Positions 8,816-17,310 are shown, counted from the stretch's first letter. The stretch: DNA of 33,665 nucleotides from Candidatus Omnitrophota bacterium (GCA_037443585.1 JBBIOC010000001.1:1-33665); one strand, 5' to 3'. Program-made: numbers and translations. The notes: generated by a model not told the origin, from the sequence alone.

Positions 8816-10288
8816 TCATCTTGCCCCGAAAGGGGCAAGATTTTTCTTGACCTTGATATATCCCAAAAGATTATCCCAGTATCCCTTTAATTCTTTTATA
8901 GTAAAGGTTATAAATAGCCAGCCAAATAATAAAGGAATGGTGATTAGCTGGAGATATTTGTTCTGAGCTAAAAGAAAGCATATAACCATTAAAAGGCAAG
9001 AGAATAATATTATTTTATAATTACTTGTAGAGATATAAATATTATGTTGCTTTTTTAAAAAAAGTGAAAGTGCCATAAATACCAAGAGTGTTGATATTAA
9101 ATAAGCAACAAAATAGCCTGTAAAACCAAGGTATATGGGAAAAAACAGTGAAAGCAATAGAATAAGTCCATTATAAATCAATGACACTGATAATACAGCC
9201 CTGTAATTGGAATTTGCTACAAATATAAATGTTATGGCGCTATTTATCAGAAAGAAATAATCTCCAATAAATCTCAATGGCAAAAATTCAAAGGCTGATA
9301 GGAACTGCTTTGAAAACAAAATTTTTATTAAAAATCTGCCAATATAAGTAATCACAATAATTATTGTAGGGACTGAGGTTAAAATAATAAACCGGATGGC
9401 TTTATTCAGCTCACTATTTCTTTCATTCATTTTCATATTATTGCAGACTGTTGGCAAAAAATATCCCATTAAGACATCAGAAAGAAACGAAAAAATAACT
9501 ACACTTAATAGCACCACTGATTCATAGATTCCATTGCTTTTGAAATCAAAATTTTTGACAATCATAATCTTTACTAAAAATAAGGTCAGGATATAAAATA
9601 TCCTTGGCAGAAAATAGAGCAGAAACCCTGCTTTGACAAGGTTTCCAAGGAAATGGTAAATAACACTGATTTTTTTTAGACTATTTAATATACCCTGCTC
9701 CCTGAAAATGAAGAGAGATAATATAATGAAAGAGATTATCCCGGTAACTAAAATCTGTAGAAAACCCCCTTCGGTCCTAAAAAAATAAATCAATGGGATA
9801 GCTATTGAAAGCGATAGGACTGAGATAATGGAATTTCCAAGTGCAATGGAAGTTATAGACCTACGCCCTTTTAAATAGTGAACTAATATCTCACAGAAAG
9901 AATAGAATGGAAACGCCACTATTATTAAAAATATCGCATACAAATAATTCTTCCCCATAAATATCCAAAGCGAAAGTCTTTCTTTAAAGATAATCAAAAA
10001 GGCACATAATATCAAAGAATTAAACATAGTAAAGAGTATTCCAGTAAATAATACTTTATGTGCATCCATAGCAGTCTTGCTTTCTGCAGAATATTTAACA
10101 ACACTGAGCTCTGACCCAAGGGTCGATAAAGGAATCAAGGTATTGATAGCGTAAGAGCCCATGGAAACTATCCCCAATCCTTCAGCCCCTAAAAACAATG
10201 CGATGACCTTATTTTTTATAACCCCAGTTAGCAATTTAATTAAATTTGGTATTCCAAGAATTATAGTTGTTGCAAGATATTCAGACAT
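8816..10288 (-). CDS. wzx: Wzx-type oligosaccharide flippase (MOP superfamily polysaccharide biosynthesis protein)
   Basis: 490 aa, hydrophobic throughout (roughly 12-14 helices). The N-terminus LIKLLTGVIKNKVIALFLGAEGLGIVSMG matches the PST-family flippase pattern. It sits among GT genes. Confidence 0.75.
   Translation of the reverse strand: MSEYLATTIILGIPNLIKLLTGVIKNKVIALFLGAEGLGIVSMGSYAINTLIPLSTLGSELSVVKYSAESKTAMDAHKVLFTGILFTMFNSLILCAFLIIFKERLSLWIFMGKNYLYAIFLIIVAFPFYSFCEILVHYLKGRRSITSIALGNSIISVLSLSIAIPLIYFFRTEGGFLQILVTGIISFIILSLFIFREQGILNSLKKISVIYHFLGNLVKAGFLLYFLPRIFYILTLFLVKIMIVKNFDFKSNGIYESVVLLSVVIFSFLSDVLMGYFLPTVCNNMKMNERNSELNKAIRFIILTSVPTIIIVITYIGRFLIKILFSKQFLSAFEFLPLRFIGDYFFLINSAITFIFVANSNYRAVLSVSLIYNGLILLLSLFFPIYLGFTGYFVAYLISTLLVFMALSLFLKKQHNIYISTSNYKIILFSCLLMVICFLLAQNKYLQLITIPLLFGWLFITFTIKELKGYWDNLLGYIKVKKNLAPFGAR
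8819..8840. terminator. GC-rich stem-loop TCTTGCCCC-GAAA-GGGGCAAGA at the 3' end of wzx (candidate terminator, orientation ambiguous)
   Basis: Perfect 9-bp stem with a 4-nt loop. The T-tract (TTTTTCTT) follows it on the plus strand, while on the coding minus strand it is preceded by AAAAA. The hairpin encodes the last wzx codons (LAPFGAR) before the stop at 8816. Confidence 0.3.
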
Positions 10289-10289
10289 C

Positions 10290-11843
10290 TTATTCCTTTA
10301 TTGCATTTTCATAAAATATATATCTCAGGGTATAATTCATTTGTCCTATTATCTTTTTAAATCTTTCTTGGAGGTATAAAGGTAAATATAGAAAGCCTAT
10401 ATGCAAAATCAAAAAAATCAATTTTTTTAGACTTTCATAGGAATCAACTCTTAAATTATTTTTAAACTCAAAGAAATAATTTGTATAAAGATAGATATCC
10501 CTCTTTAGTTTATTGAGAAGCTCTTTGAATCTTTTTTGCGACATATTGGCAAAGGTAAAATCACTCTCTACATATCTTTCGCAAATCTCATCCCAATTCT
10601 CATATTCTCCTTTGAGGATCTTCTGTTCTGTAAGTCTGTCGTAGTCTAATGAGCCTGGCAGGGGTATAAATTTTGCAATTTCAATTCTGCTTGGATGCGC
10701 CTTTTTAAGAAATTTAATGGTCTCAATGATATCTCCCTCTGTCTCTCCGGGTGTCCCAACCATTATATTTACAGTGCAGTTAATTCTATATTTCTGCGAC
10801 AATCTAATTGCATCTAAATTTTTATCCACATTACTTTTCTTATTCATGCGCTTCAGTGTCTCATTCGAACCTGTCTCGCATCCAAAGATAAGCTGAAAAC
10901 ACCCTGAATCTCTTAATGCCTGCATCAACTCATCATCAACGGCATCTACCCTCGTCTGAACAATATATTTGATCCTTCTATTCAATCCACTCTGAATTAA
11001 CTTTCTGGAAATGGAAAGTGCCCTTGCTTTATTTATAGAGAACATATCATCAAGAAAGAAAACCCCTTCAATTCCATAAGTCTCAACGAGGTGTTCTATT
11101 TCCCTGATAATATATTCCGGAGAATGTATTCTAAAATATTTACCCTCTCCTGCTTTGGATAATTGGGGGCTCTGGCAAAAAGTGCACTCAAAAGGGCAGC
11201 CTCTGGCTGTATAAAGAGTTACACTCTTCATAAAAACCCCTCGCATAACTGAGCGATTATTGCTGAAGTAAAATCTTGTATCAAATAGATCCCGCGCAGG
11301 ATAAGGCAAACTGTCCAATTCGCTAATAAATTTTCTCTTTGGATTTGAAACTATCCTTCCATCGCGACGATAGGTTATCCCATCTATTTCATCCCAGGAA
11401 ACGCCATTAGCTATCTCAAGGGTCGTAATCTCACCCTCGCCGCGACATACGATATCAAGTTCTGGAGACTGTTTTAAGGTAAATTCAGGATAGGCAGTTG
11501 GATGGCAACCTCCAACAATAGTTATAATATTAGGATTTACTTCCTTAGCTATCTTAATTGTCCTCAAGGCATCCATTATCAATGGAGTAGAGGCAGTCAC
11601 TCCAACTAAATCAGGCATAAAATCTTTGATTGCCAATCTGGTCAAATAATTAACTGATTCCATAACTTTATCATCCCAATAATCTGCTTTATAGAAAAAC
11701 CTGCGTTCAATAATCTTGACCGAATGCCCGTTCTCTCGCAGAAATGCTGCAATATATCCCAGCCCCAAAGGCATATACAAAATTTCCTGTTCGCGCCATG
11801 ACAATATCCGCTGCCGAAGAGGATTAATTAACATTACTTTCAT
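10290..11843 (-). CDS. B12-binding-domain radical SAM protein (class B), paralogue 2
   Basis: 517 aa with N-terminal LVGVTAS, VGGCHPTAYPE and CRGEGEITTLEI. The cluster motif is RGCPFECTFC (C216/C220/C223, approx 11175..11198). The C-terminal segment is hydrophobic (LIFLILHIGFLYLPLYL). The stop lies 1 nt from the wzx start. Confidence 0.85.
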   Translation of the reverse strand: MKVMLINPLRQRILSWREQEILYMPLGLGYIAAFLRENGHSVKIIERRFFYKADYWDDKVMESVNYLTRLAIKDFMPDLVGVTASTPLIMDALRTIKIAKEVNPNIITIVGGCHPTAYPEFTLKQSPELDIVCRGEGEITTLEIANGVSWDEIDGITYRRDGRIVSNPKRKFISELDSLPYPARDLFDTRFYFSNNRSVMRGVFMKSVTLYTARGCPFECTFCQSPQLSKAGEGKYFRIHSPEYIIREIEHLVETYGIEGVFFLDDMFSINKARALSISRKLIQSGLNRRIKYIVQTRVDAVDDELMQALRDSGCFQLIFGCETGSNETLKRMNKKSNVDKNLDAIRLSQKYRINCTVNIMVGTPGETEGDIIETIKFLKKAHPSRIEIAKFIPLPGSLDYDRLTEQKILKGEYENWDEICERYVESDFTFANMSQKRFKELLNKLKRDIYLYTNYFFEFKNNLRVDSYESLKKLIFLILHIGFLYLPLYLQERFKKIIGQMNYTLRYIFYENAIKE

Positions 11844-12756
11844 AAAATTTATTAAGCGCCTTTCTTTTTATAATATCCAATATGAAAAAAGGATAGATAC
11901 CTATTAATTTCAAAACAGTAAAGATACAATGAAGTATCTTTTTCTCCCTCTTATACGCATCAGCCAGACAGAAATATTGCATAGCAATGCGCTTATTGGC
12001 TTTCATTCCAAGCCTCTCTCTAATCTGCTTATTTTGATTTAGTGCATTTAATCGACACCTGACCTTCTCTCTGTATAACAAAGAAAGATTCTTAGAAATA
12101 CTACCATTGTGTATTCTATATCCTACCAGAGGCTCATTATAATAATAAATCTTATATGTAGGATTTGCTGCAACCCTTAAAAAGAAATCTTCATCCCAGG
12201 CAATTTTATAGTCTGTATTTAAAAATCCAATTTCATCAATCACGGCCCTTCTTACCAAGGCACCACAGCTGTGAATCCCATAAAAAAATATATAGTCAAA
12301 ATCCTTTATTCCTGATGAAAGAATTATATCTCGGTGGTCAATTGTGGTTTGAAAAAATGTCTGCCCGTAGATATTCTTTCCATCTCTATCTATACAATAG
12401 GCATCACAACCAACTACCCCAATTGATGGGTCGGATTCAAGAATGTCTAAAACAGTCTTAAGGTAATCTGGCGTATAAAGAATATCATCGCTATCAAGCA
12501 AGGCTAAGTATCTTCCCTTGGCATATCCTAATGCGGTATTTCGGCTGAACGCAACGCCGCGATTGAAGGCGGATTTGTAATATCTTATCCTACCAGAGTA
12601 TCTCTCTTTGATTAAACTCTCTGTGTTGTCAGTTGAGCCATCATCTATAACTATAATTTCAAAATCTCTATAACTCTGAAAGAGAATACTTTCAATACAT
12701 TTACCTAAAAAGCCTGCCCGATTATAAGTGGGGATTAAAAAACTTATAGTTGGCAT
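11824..12756 (-). CDS. GT2 (GT-A fold) glycosyltransferase
   Basis: 310 aa with ISFLIPTYNRAGFL, IIVIDDGSTDNT, NRGVAFSRNTAL and LDSDD. It overlaps the downstream radical SAM gene by 20 nt. Confidence 0.85.
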   Translation of the reverse strand: MPTISFLIPTYNRAGFLGKCIESILFQSYRDFEIIVIDDGSTDNTESLIKERYSGRIRYYKSAFNRGVAFSRNTALGYAKGRYLALLDSDDILYTPDYLKTVLDILESDPSIGVVGCDAYCIDRDGKNIYGQTFFQTTIDHRDIILSSGIKDFDYIFFYGIHSCGALVRRAVIDEIGFLNTDYKIAWDEDFFLRVAANPTYKIYYYNEPLVGYRIHNGSISKNLSLLYREKVRCRLNALNQNKQIRERLGMKANKRIAMQYFCLADAYKREKKILHCIFTVLKLIGIYPFFILDIIKRKALNKFYESNVN

Positions 12757-12757
12757 A

Positions 12758-13795
12758 CTAACAACCTCGAATCCTTTCTTTTAAGATTCTTTTTAATGGG
12801 CGTATATAATAATTCTTAATCCATCTTAGATTTAATCCTTCTATGCGATAACCCGATTCACAAAATTGGCAATTTTTCAGTTTATTATTCTTAACAAGTC
12901 GCCTGAGTTCTTGATATTTGTCTGAATACCAGATATCTTTAAGAGGGGTTTTGAGAATATTTCCAACGTCTATCTTTTCCTGTGGCATTATTCCATTGCA
13001 GGGGCTGACATTTCCATCTGAATGAATCATAATAAAGTCCCATAACTGATAACATCTGCCATATTCATTTCCATCGAGAAAACTTAAATTTACTTTTAAT
13101 CTTTTAGCAAACTTGCGAGCCTGTTTTACCAATGAAGGGACCTGGCTCAATGGGGCATTTATATCTTTTAGCTTATCAAAGATTGTGGTCATCTGAAAAA
13201 ATTCTACTAAATCTACTCCTAATTCACTGCCTAATTCAATTATGTCTGGCATCTCTTTAAAATTCGAATGATTAATGACTGTATTAATACAAATCTTTAT
13301 GTTAGGAAAATTTTTCTTAAACTTTATAAGAACCTTTATATTTTCTTTGACCTGTTCAAAGGCCTCTTCTTTATCCTGCCTGACATATGCAAAGGTCTTT
13401 GAGTTGGCGCTGTGGATGGATATCTGTATACGTGTTATCCCGGATTCCAACAATCTCTGAGAATATTCCTCATTCAGCAATGTTCCATTTGTAATCAAAT
13501 TTATGAATGGGACCTTTCTTTCTTTTACAATCCGTATCATTTCAAAGATGTCCTTATTAAGCAAAGGTTCTCCTATTCCGCAGAATATAAATTCCCTTAT
13601 ATCTGAAAATTGGTCAAAGATTTTTTTAAAATTATCAAGCGATAGAAAAAAAGAGGTACCATCTTTTGTATTCTGATAATCACACATTATACAGCGGAGA
13701 TTACAGGCGTTGGTGGGTTCTATCATGATAATCCGTGGCAGATCAGGCAAAGGACTATTGTAATAAATGCTATTTAGTTTATCTAAAAGAATCAT
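12758..13795 (-). CDS. radical SAM protein with twitch/partial-SPASM C-terminal domain
   Basis: 345 aa. The cluster motif is EPTNACNLRCIMCDY (C31/C35/C38, approx 13682..13705), followed by GIGEPLLN. The C-terminal Cys set is C248-x12-G-x4-C266 plus C309-x2-C312 (approx 12860..13054). That is enough for one auxiliary Fe-S cluster, and the full CX2CX5CX3C SPASM block is absent. Confidence 0.8.
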   Translation of the reverse strand: MILLDKLNSIYYNSPLPDLPRIIMIEPTNACNLRCIMCDYQNTKDGTSFFLSLDNFKKIFDQFSDIREFIFCGIGEPLLNKDIFEMIRIVKERKVPFINLITNGTLLNEEYSQRLLESGITRIQISIHSANSKTFAYVRQDKEEAFEQVKENIKVLIKFKKNFPNIKICINTVINHSNFKEMPDIIELGSELGVDLVEFFQMTTIFDKLKDINAPLSQVPSLVKQARKFAKRLKVNLSFLDGNEYGRCYQLWDFIMIHSDGNVSPCNGIMPQEKIDVGNILKTPLKDIWYSDKYQELRRLVKNNKLKNCQFCESGYRIEGLNLRWIKNYYIRPLKRILKERIRGC

Positions 13796-13802
13796 TCTTT
13801 TA

Positions 13803-15332
13803 TCATTCTCTGTTAAGTCTGCATTGTAATTTTCTGCTTAAAATCGACCGCAGTGTATTTAATTTATTCACAATCAGCTGTGGCTTCTTTATAACTGAAA
13901 AAATATCTTTAATTGTGTGGTTTAATAACAGTTTTATATCTAAGCCCTGTGCATTTCTTGCGTCTATCCAGGAAGCTAAATTATGGATGAAATTAGTAAA
14001 TTCATCTTTTGACACATACTTTACAAAATGATTCTCTGGACTTTGGTGTGAATAGTTGCTCCAATCAATATACTGAGGTATTAACCCGTGATTTTTGGCA
14101 ATTTCAAATTGTTCTGTCCCCGGATAAGGCGTAAATATGCTTAGGCATATACTCCCCTGTTTTAATTCTTTCATCAATTCAAAGGTCTGATTTATATCTT
14201 CTCTTGTCTCTTCCGGAAATCCAAACATAAAAAATAATTCATATCTTATGCCATATTTCTTTAGGAGTTCTACAGCCCTCTTAACCTGTTCAGGTGTTAT
14301 ATCTTTTTTAATATTCTCAAGAATTCTTTTGCTACCCGATTCTATACCCAATGATATATAATCACAGCCTGACTTCTTCATTGCTGCCAATAATTCTTCA
14401 TCTATGAGGTCAGCTCTGGTTGTGCAACCCCAATAGATATTTAATCTCTCTTCTAGGATTTTCAAACACAGCCTGATTATCCTATTTCTATCAAGTGTAA
14501 AACTGTCATCCCAGAAATATATCTCATTAGTTTCATAATTATCAATGATATCTTTAATCTCATTTATAACCTTTACCAGCTTCCGGTTGCGAACCTTTCT
14601 TGACCATAGATTGTGCGACCCACAATAGCCACATCTAAATGGACAGCCACGGCTAGTAATTAAGTTTCCGAAAGTAGAGGGCCTAAAACGTTCTGAAAAT
14701 ACAAGATGGTTTTTTTCTTTTAAAGGATAAGAAACAACATCTAGATCTTCAATCAGTTCTCTCTTAGGATTGTGAAATACATCTGAATTTGCACGATATG
14801 ACAATCCACTAATTCTGTTTAATAAAGAATAATTTCCTTTTTCTAAAACATCAATCAATTCAGCTATCGTGACTTCGCCTTCCCCCTTTATAATAAAATC
14901 TATATTTTCACTTTGCATAACCTCATCGGGCAGAATAGTTGGATGTGGGCCGCCCCAGACTATTTTGCAATCCTTGTCAATCTCTTTAATTATTTCAGAT
15001 ACCTTTAGTGCAGAGCCATATTTGGCGGTCATAACAGTTATTCCAGCAAAATCAGGACGAAATTTTTCAACAACCTCATAGACCTCTTTCCATACATAGT
15101 GTCCTCTATTTTTTAATGCTTCTGTATATTTAAAGTGGCCATTTAAGGCATCTTTGTAACTTAAATTATAAGAAACCACTTCAGAGGCACTGGGTAATTC
15201 TGCATTATAAAGCATTACCTCGCACTTTTTTAACTTTGCAACCGCGCCAATATATCCCAGACCTAAAGGAAAATAGATATTTCCTATACCTTTCAGTCTT
15301 TCAAAGGGGGGATTAATCAAAAGAATTCTCAT
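13803..15332 (-). CDS. B12-binding-domain radical SAM protein (class B), paralogue 3
   Basis: 509 aa with N-terminal FAGITVM, WGGPHPTILPDE and IKGEGEVTIAELI. The cluster motif is RGCPFRCGYC (C230/C234/C237, approx 14622..14645), followed by GIESGS. Confidence 0.85.
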   Translation of the reverse strand: MRILLINPPFERLKGIGNIYFPLGLGYIGAVAKLKKCEVMLYNAELPSASEVVSYNLSYKDALNGHFKYTEALKNRGHYVWKEVYEVVEKFRPDFAGITVMTAKYGSALKVSEIIKEIDKDCKIVWGGPHPTILPDEVMQSENIDFIIKGEGEVTIAELIDVLEKGNYSLLNRISGLSYRANSDVFHNPKRELIEDLDVVSYPLKEKNHLVFSERFRPSTFGNLITSRGCPFRCGYCGSHNLWSRKVRNRKLVKVINEIKDIIDNYETNEIYFWDDSFTLDRNRIIRLCLKILEERLNIYWGCTTRADLIDEELLAAMKKSGCDYISLGIESGSKRILENIKKDITPEQVKRAVELLKKYGIRYELFFMFGFPEETREDINQTFELMKELKQGSICLSIFTPYPGTEQFEIAKNHGLIPQYIDWSNYSHQSPENHFVKYVSKDEFTNFIHNLASWIDARNAQGLDIKLLLNHTIKDIFSVIKKPQLIVNKLNTLRSILSRKLQCRLNRE

Positions 15333-15347
15333 AGCTATTTAAATCAA

Positions 15348-16673
15348 TTATGAATACGAATTAGTATAAAGCCTTGAATGTAAACCCAGACCTATAAATA
15401 TGAAAGTCAACATAACGACTATTGCTTTATGTCTATACATAGTTCCAACATTCCCCTCGTAAATTGCTAAAAGAATACTAAAGATTATAATTGTGGCAAT
15501 GAGTAAATAGCTATCCTTTATTTTATTTTTTATCGCAAGGCGCATACCTTTTATAGCAAAAGGCAATAATAAATACCAGGCGAGCATTTCCGGAGCAGCA
15601 AAAATTTGATTTAAAGAAAAGACCTGCCATGGAAAAGGTGCAAACCAGACTGCAAAAAGTCCTAATGGTAAATAGACCAAAAGGCTTCCTAAAGAAAAAA
15701 TTTTAAAATTTGAAAAATAAGCAAGCCTGCCATATGACCTCAATTGTCTTTCTGTGCTGATTGTTTCAAAAAAACTAGCGTTAAGGTAATTTGTAAAAAT
15801 CTGTCTGGATACAGCAAAGGTTATAATTGCTAGAAAGATTATAATTGCTAACTTTATTTCTTTTTTAATCCTGATGAAAAATAAAAAATAAATTAAGTAT
15901 AATAAAAAAAGGGGGGCAATAGTGTTGATTCGTAAATAATATAAAATTACCAAGCAGAAACAAGAAGAAAAAAAAGAACTAATTTTAAAACTGTATCGCA
16001 ATTTAAGCAAAAAATATAAAAAGGATAGTATTGCTAAATTAGTTATGGGGTCCTTCAGGTTCTGAGTAGACCAGAGAATAAGAGAAGGCCAAAAGGTGTA
16101 AAATGCACTTGCAAACAGTGCTATTTCTCTATTAAATATCTTGTTTGAGATAATAAAGATAAGTATAATTGGCAGGCTACCTGCAAGGCAATTTATAAAA
16201 AATAAGGAGAAGGGGCTATAACCAGTGATTGAATAAACAATCGCATTAAAGAAATCATAATTACTAACTGTCCCACTTGCAGAACCAAAATTTGGAACAA
16301 AATTGATTTTATTAACTTCTATTCCTCTATCCCAGAGCTGAGAAATCGCCCATCCGTTTAAAGAATAATTGTATCCATCTCCAAAAAAAAAGCCTTCATC
16401 TCTTTGCAAAATTGACATAATAAAATATAAAAAGACTGATATTAAAATTCTGATTAAAAAACCCGCAATAAATAAAAAGAAAATGCTATCAAATTCCTCT
16501 GGACAATCAAATGATATTATAATGATGCCTGCTAATAATCCTCCAGCGACAATCAGAAATGGAAAGGAATATTCTAAAGGCAACAAACTGAATAAAATTG
16601 TGATTAGTGCGCCTGCAATTAAAATCCATATCTTTTTATAAGTTCTTATAAATGTTAATGACTGAATCTTCAA
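15348..16673 (-). CDS. polytopic inner-membrane protein, candidate Wzy-type polymerase or GT-C glycosyltransferase
   Basis: 441 aa with about 10-12 hydrophobic segments and no soluble domain. An acidic/aromatic loop RDEGFFFGDGYNYSLNGW follows the early helices. Its position between the PCP gene and the GT/flippase genes fits Wzy, but I cannot separate Wzy from GT-C by eye. Confidence 0.5.
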   Translation of the reverse strand: MKIQSLTFIRTYKKIWILIAGALITILFSLLPLEYSFPFLIVAGGLLAGIIIISFDCPEEFDSIFFLFIAGFLIRILISVFLYFIMSILQRDEGFFFGDGYNYSLNGWAISQLWDRGIEVNKINFVPNFGSASGTVSNYDFFNAIVYSITGYSPFSLFFINCLAGSLPIILIFIISNKIFNREIALFASAFYTFWPSLILWSTQNLKDPITNLAILSFLYFLLKLRYSFKISSFFSSCFCLVILYYLRINTIAPLFLLYLIYFLFFIRIKKEIKLAIIIFLAIITFAVSRQIFTNYLNASFFETISTERQLRSYGRLAYFSNFKIFSLGSLLVYLPLGLFAVWFAPFPWQVFSLNQIFAAPEMLAWYLLLPFAIKGMRLAIKNKIKDSYLLIATIIIFSILLAIYEGNVGTMYRHKAIVVMLTFIFIGLGLHSRLYTNSYS

Positions 16674-16677
16674 TTTT

Positions 16678-17310
16678 TTATTTTTTTATAGATGTCCAGG
16701 TCTTAAAGTATTCTGCGCCAAAGGCAAAGAGAACGGCTATAAAGAATGCAAAGATTGCTGCTATGGCTATACGCTTGAGTATATGTCTTGGGTCTGGTCT
16801 TGTAGCAGGGATAGCCGGATCGAGAACCTTTACCATTGGACGTTGAGGGGTTATGTTCAATTCAGCATTTATTACATCTAAATTTTTGATGCAGAAATTA
16901 GCAATCTCTGAGACCAGTTTTGGTTCGCGACCTTTTACTTCGATTATAAGCGTGCCCTGTTTTGTATCAAAGGCCTCTAACTTAAGTTTAAAATTGGAAA
17001 TTCTGCTTAGCTCTTTAAAATTTGAATAGATGTCATCGAGCATCCTCCTGCTTTTCACAATGGAGATTATAGTATTTGCTGAAGAACTACTGAATGAAAG
17101 CTCAGGAAGGCCAAGGAATCTGCCAAAGGCAGACGTTGTTGTGCCCGAACTTTCTGTTAACAATATCGAACACCTTGAAGTATATGATGGTTTTTTAATT
17201 ATTCCACTTAAAAAACCAAAAAAAGCAGCAAGAACTATCAAAAAAAGAATCATTTTGTAATTTTTTTTGAAGATATTAAAATAATAGAAAATGCCAATTT
17301 CATATTCCAT
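16678..17310 (-). CDS. short polysaccharide co-polymerase (Wzz/PCP family) without kinase domain
   Basis: The Wzz-type N-terminus is FNIFKKNYKMILFLIVLAAFFGFLSGIIKKPSYTSRCSILL. A proline-rich segment DPAIPATRPDPRH lies just before the C-terminal TM helix (IAIAAIFAFFIAVLFAFG). I prefer ATG 17310 because it is preceded by AGGAGGGG; the track's TTG at 17331 is the alternative start. Confidence 0.65.
   Translation of the reverse strand: MEYEIGIFYYFNIFKKNYKMILFLIVLAAFFGFLSGIIKKPSYTSRCSILLTESSGTTTSAFGRFLGLPELSFSSSSANTIISIVKSRRMLDDIYSNFKELSRISNFKLKLEAFDTKQGTLIIEVKGREPKLVSEIANFCIKNLDVINAELNITPQRPMVKVLDPAIPATRPDPRHILKRIAIAAIFAFFIAVLFAFGAEYFKTWTSIKK

Noticed and set aside
8819-8840. The hairpin as a clean rho-independent terminator for wzx
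   Set aside because: The T-tract follows the stem on the plus strand, which carries no gene. On the minus strand the stem lies inside the coding sequence and is followed by TGACTTAAG rather than a U-run. I kept it only as a low-confidence structural feature.
12758-13795. The SPASM-type radical SAM enzyme as a RiPP maturase
   Set aside because: No short precursor ORF and no intergenic space lie next to it. All neighbours are GT, radical SAM or flippase genes, and the auxiliary-cluster Cys set is reduced. I kept a carbohydrate-substrate hypothesis instead.
16383-16391. Homopolymer tracts as phase-variation switches: A9 in the Wzy-like gene, and the T8/A8 runs at 4242..4249, 6646..6653 and 19151..19175
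   Set aside because: Runs of 7-9 A/T are expected in sequence this AT-rich, and they encode ordinary Lys/Phe stretches. All reading frames are intact. No evidence of length heterogeneity is available from a single sequence.
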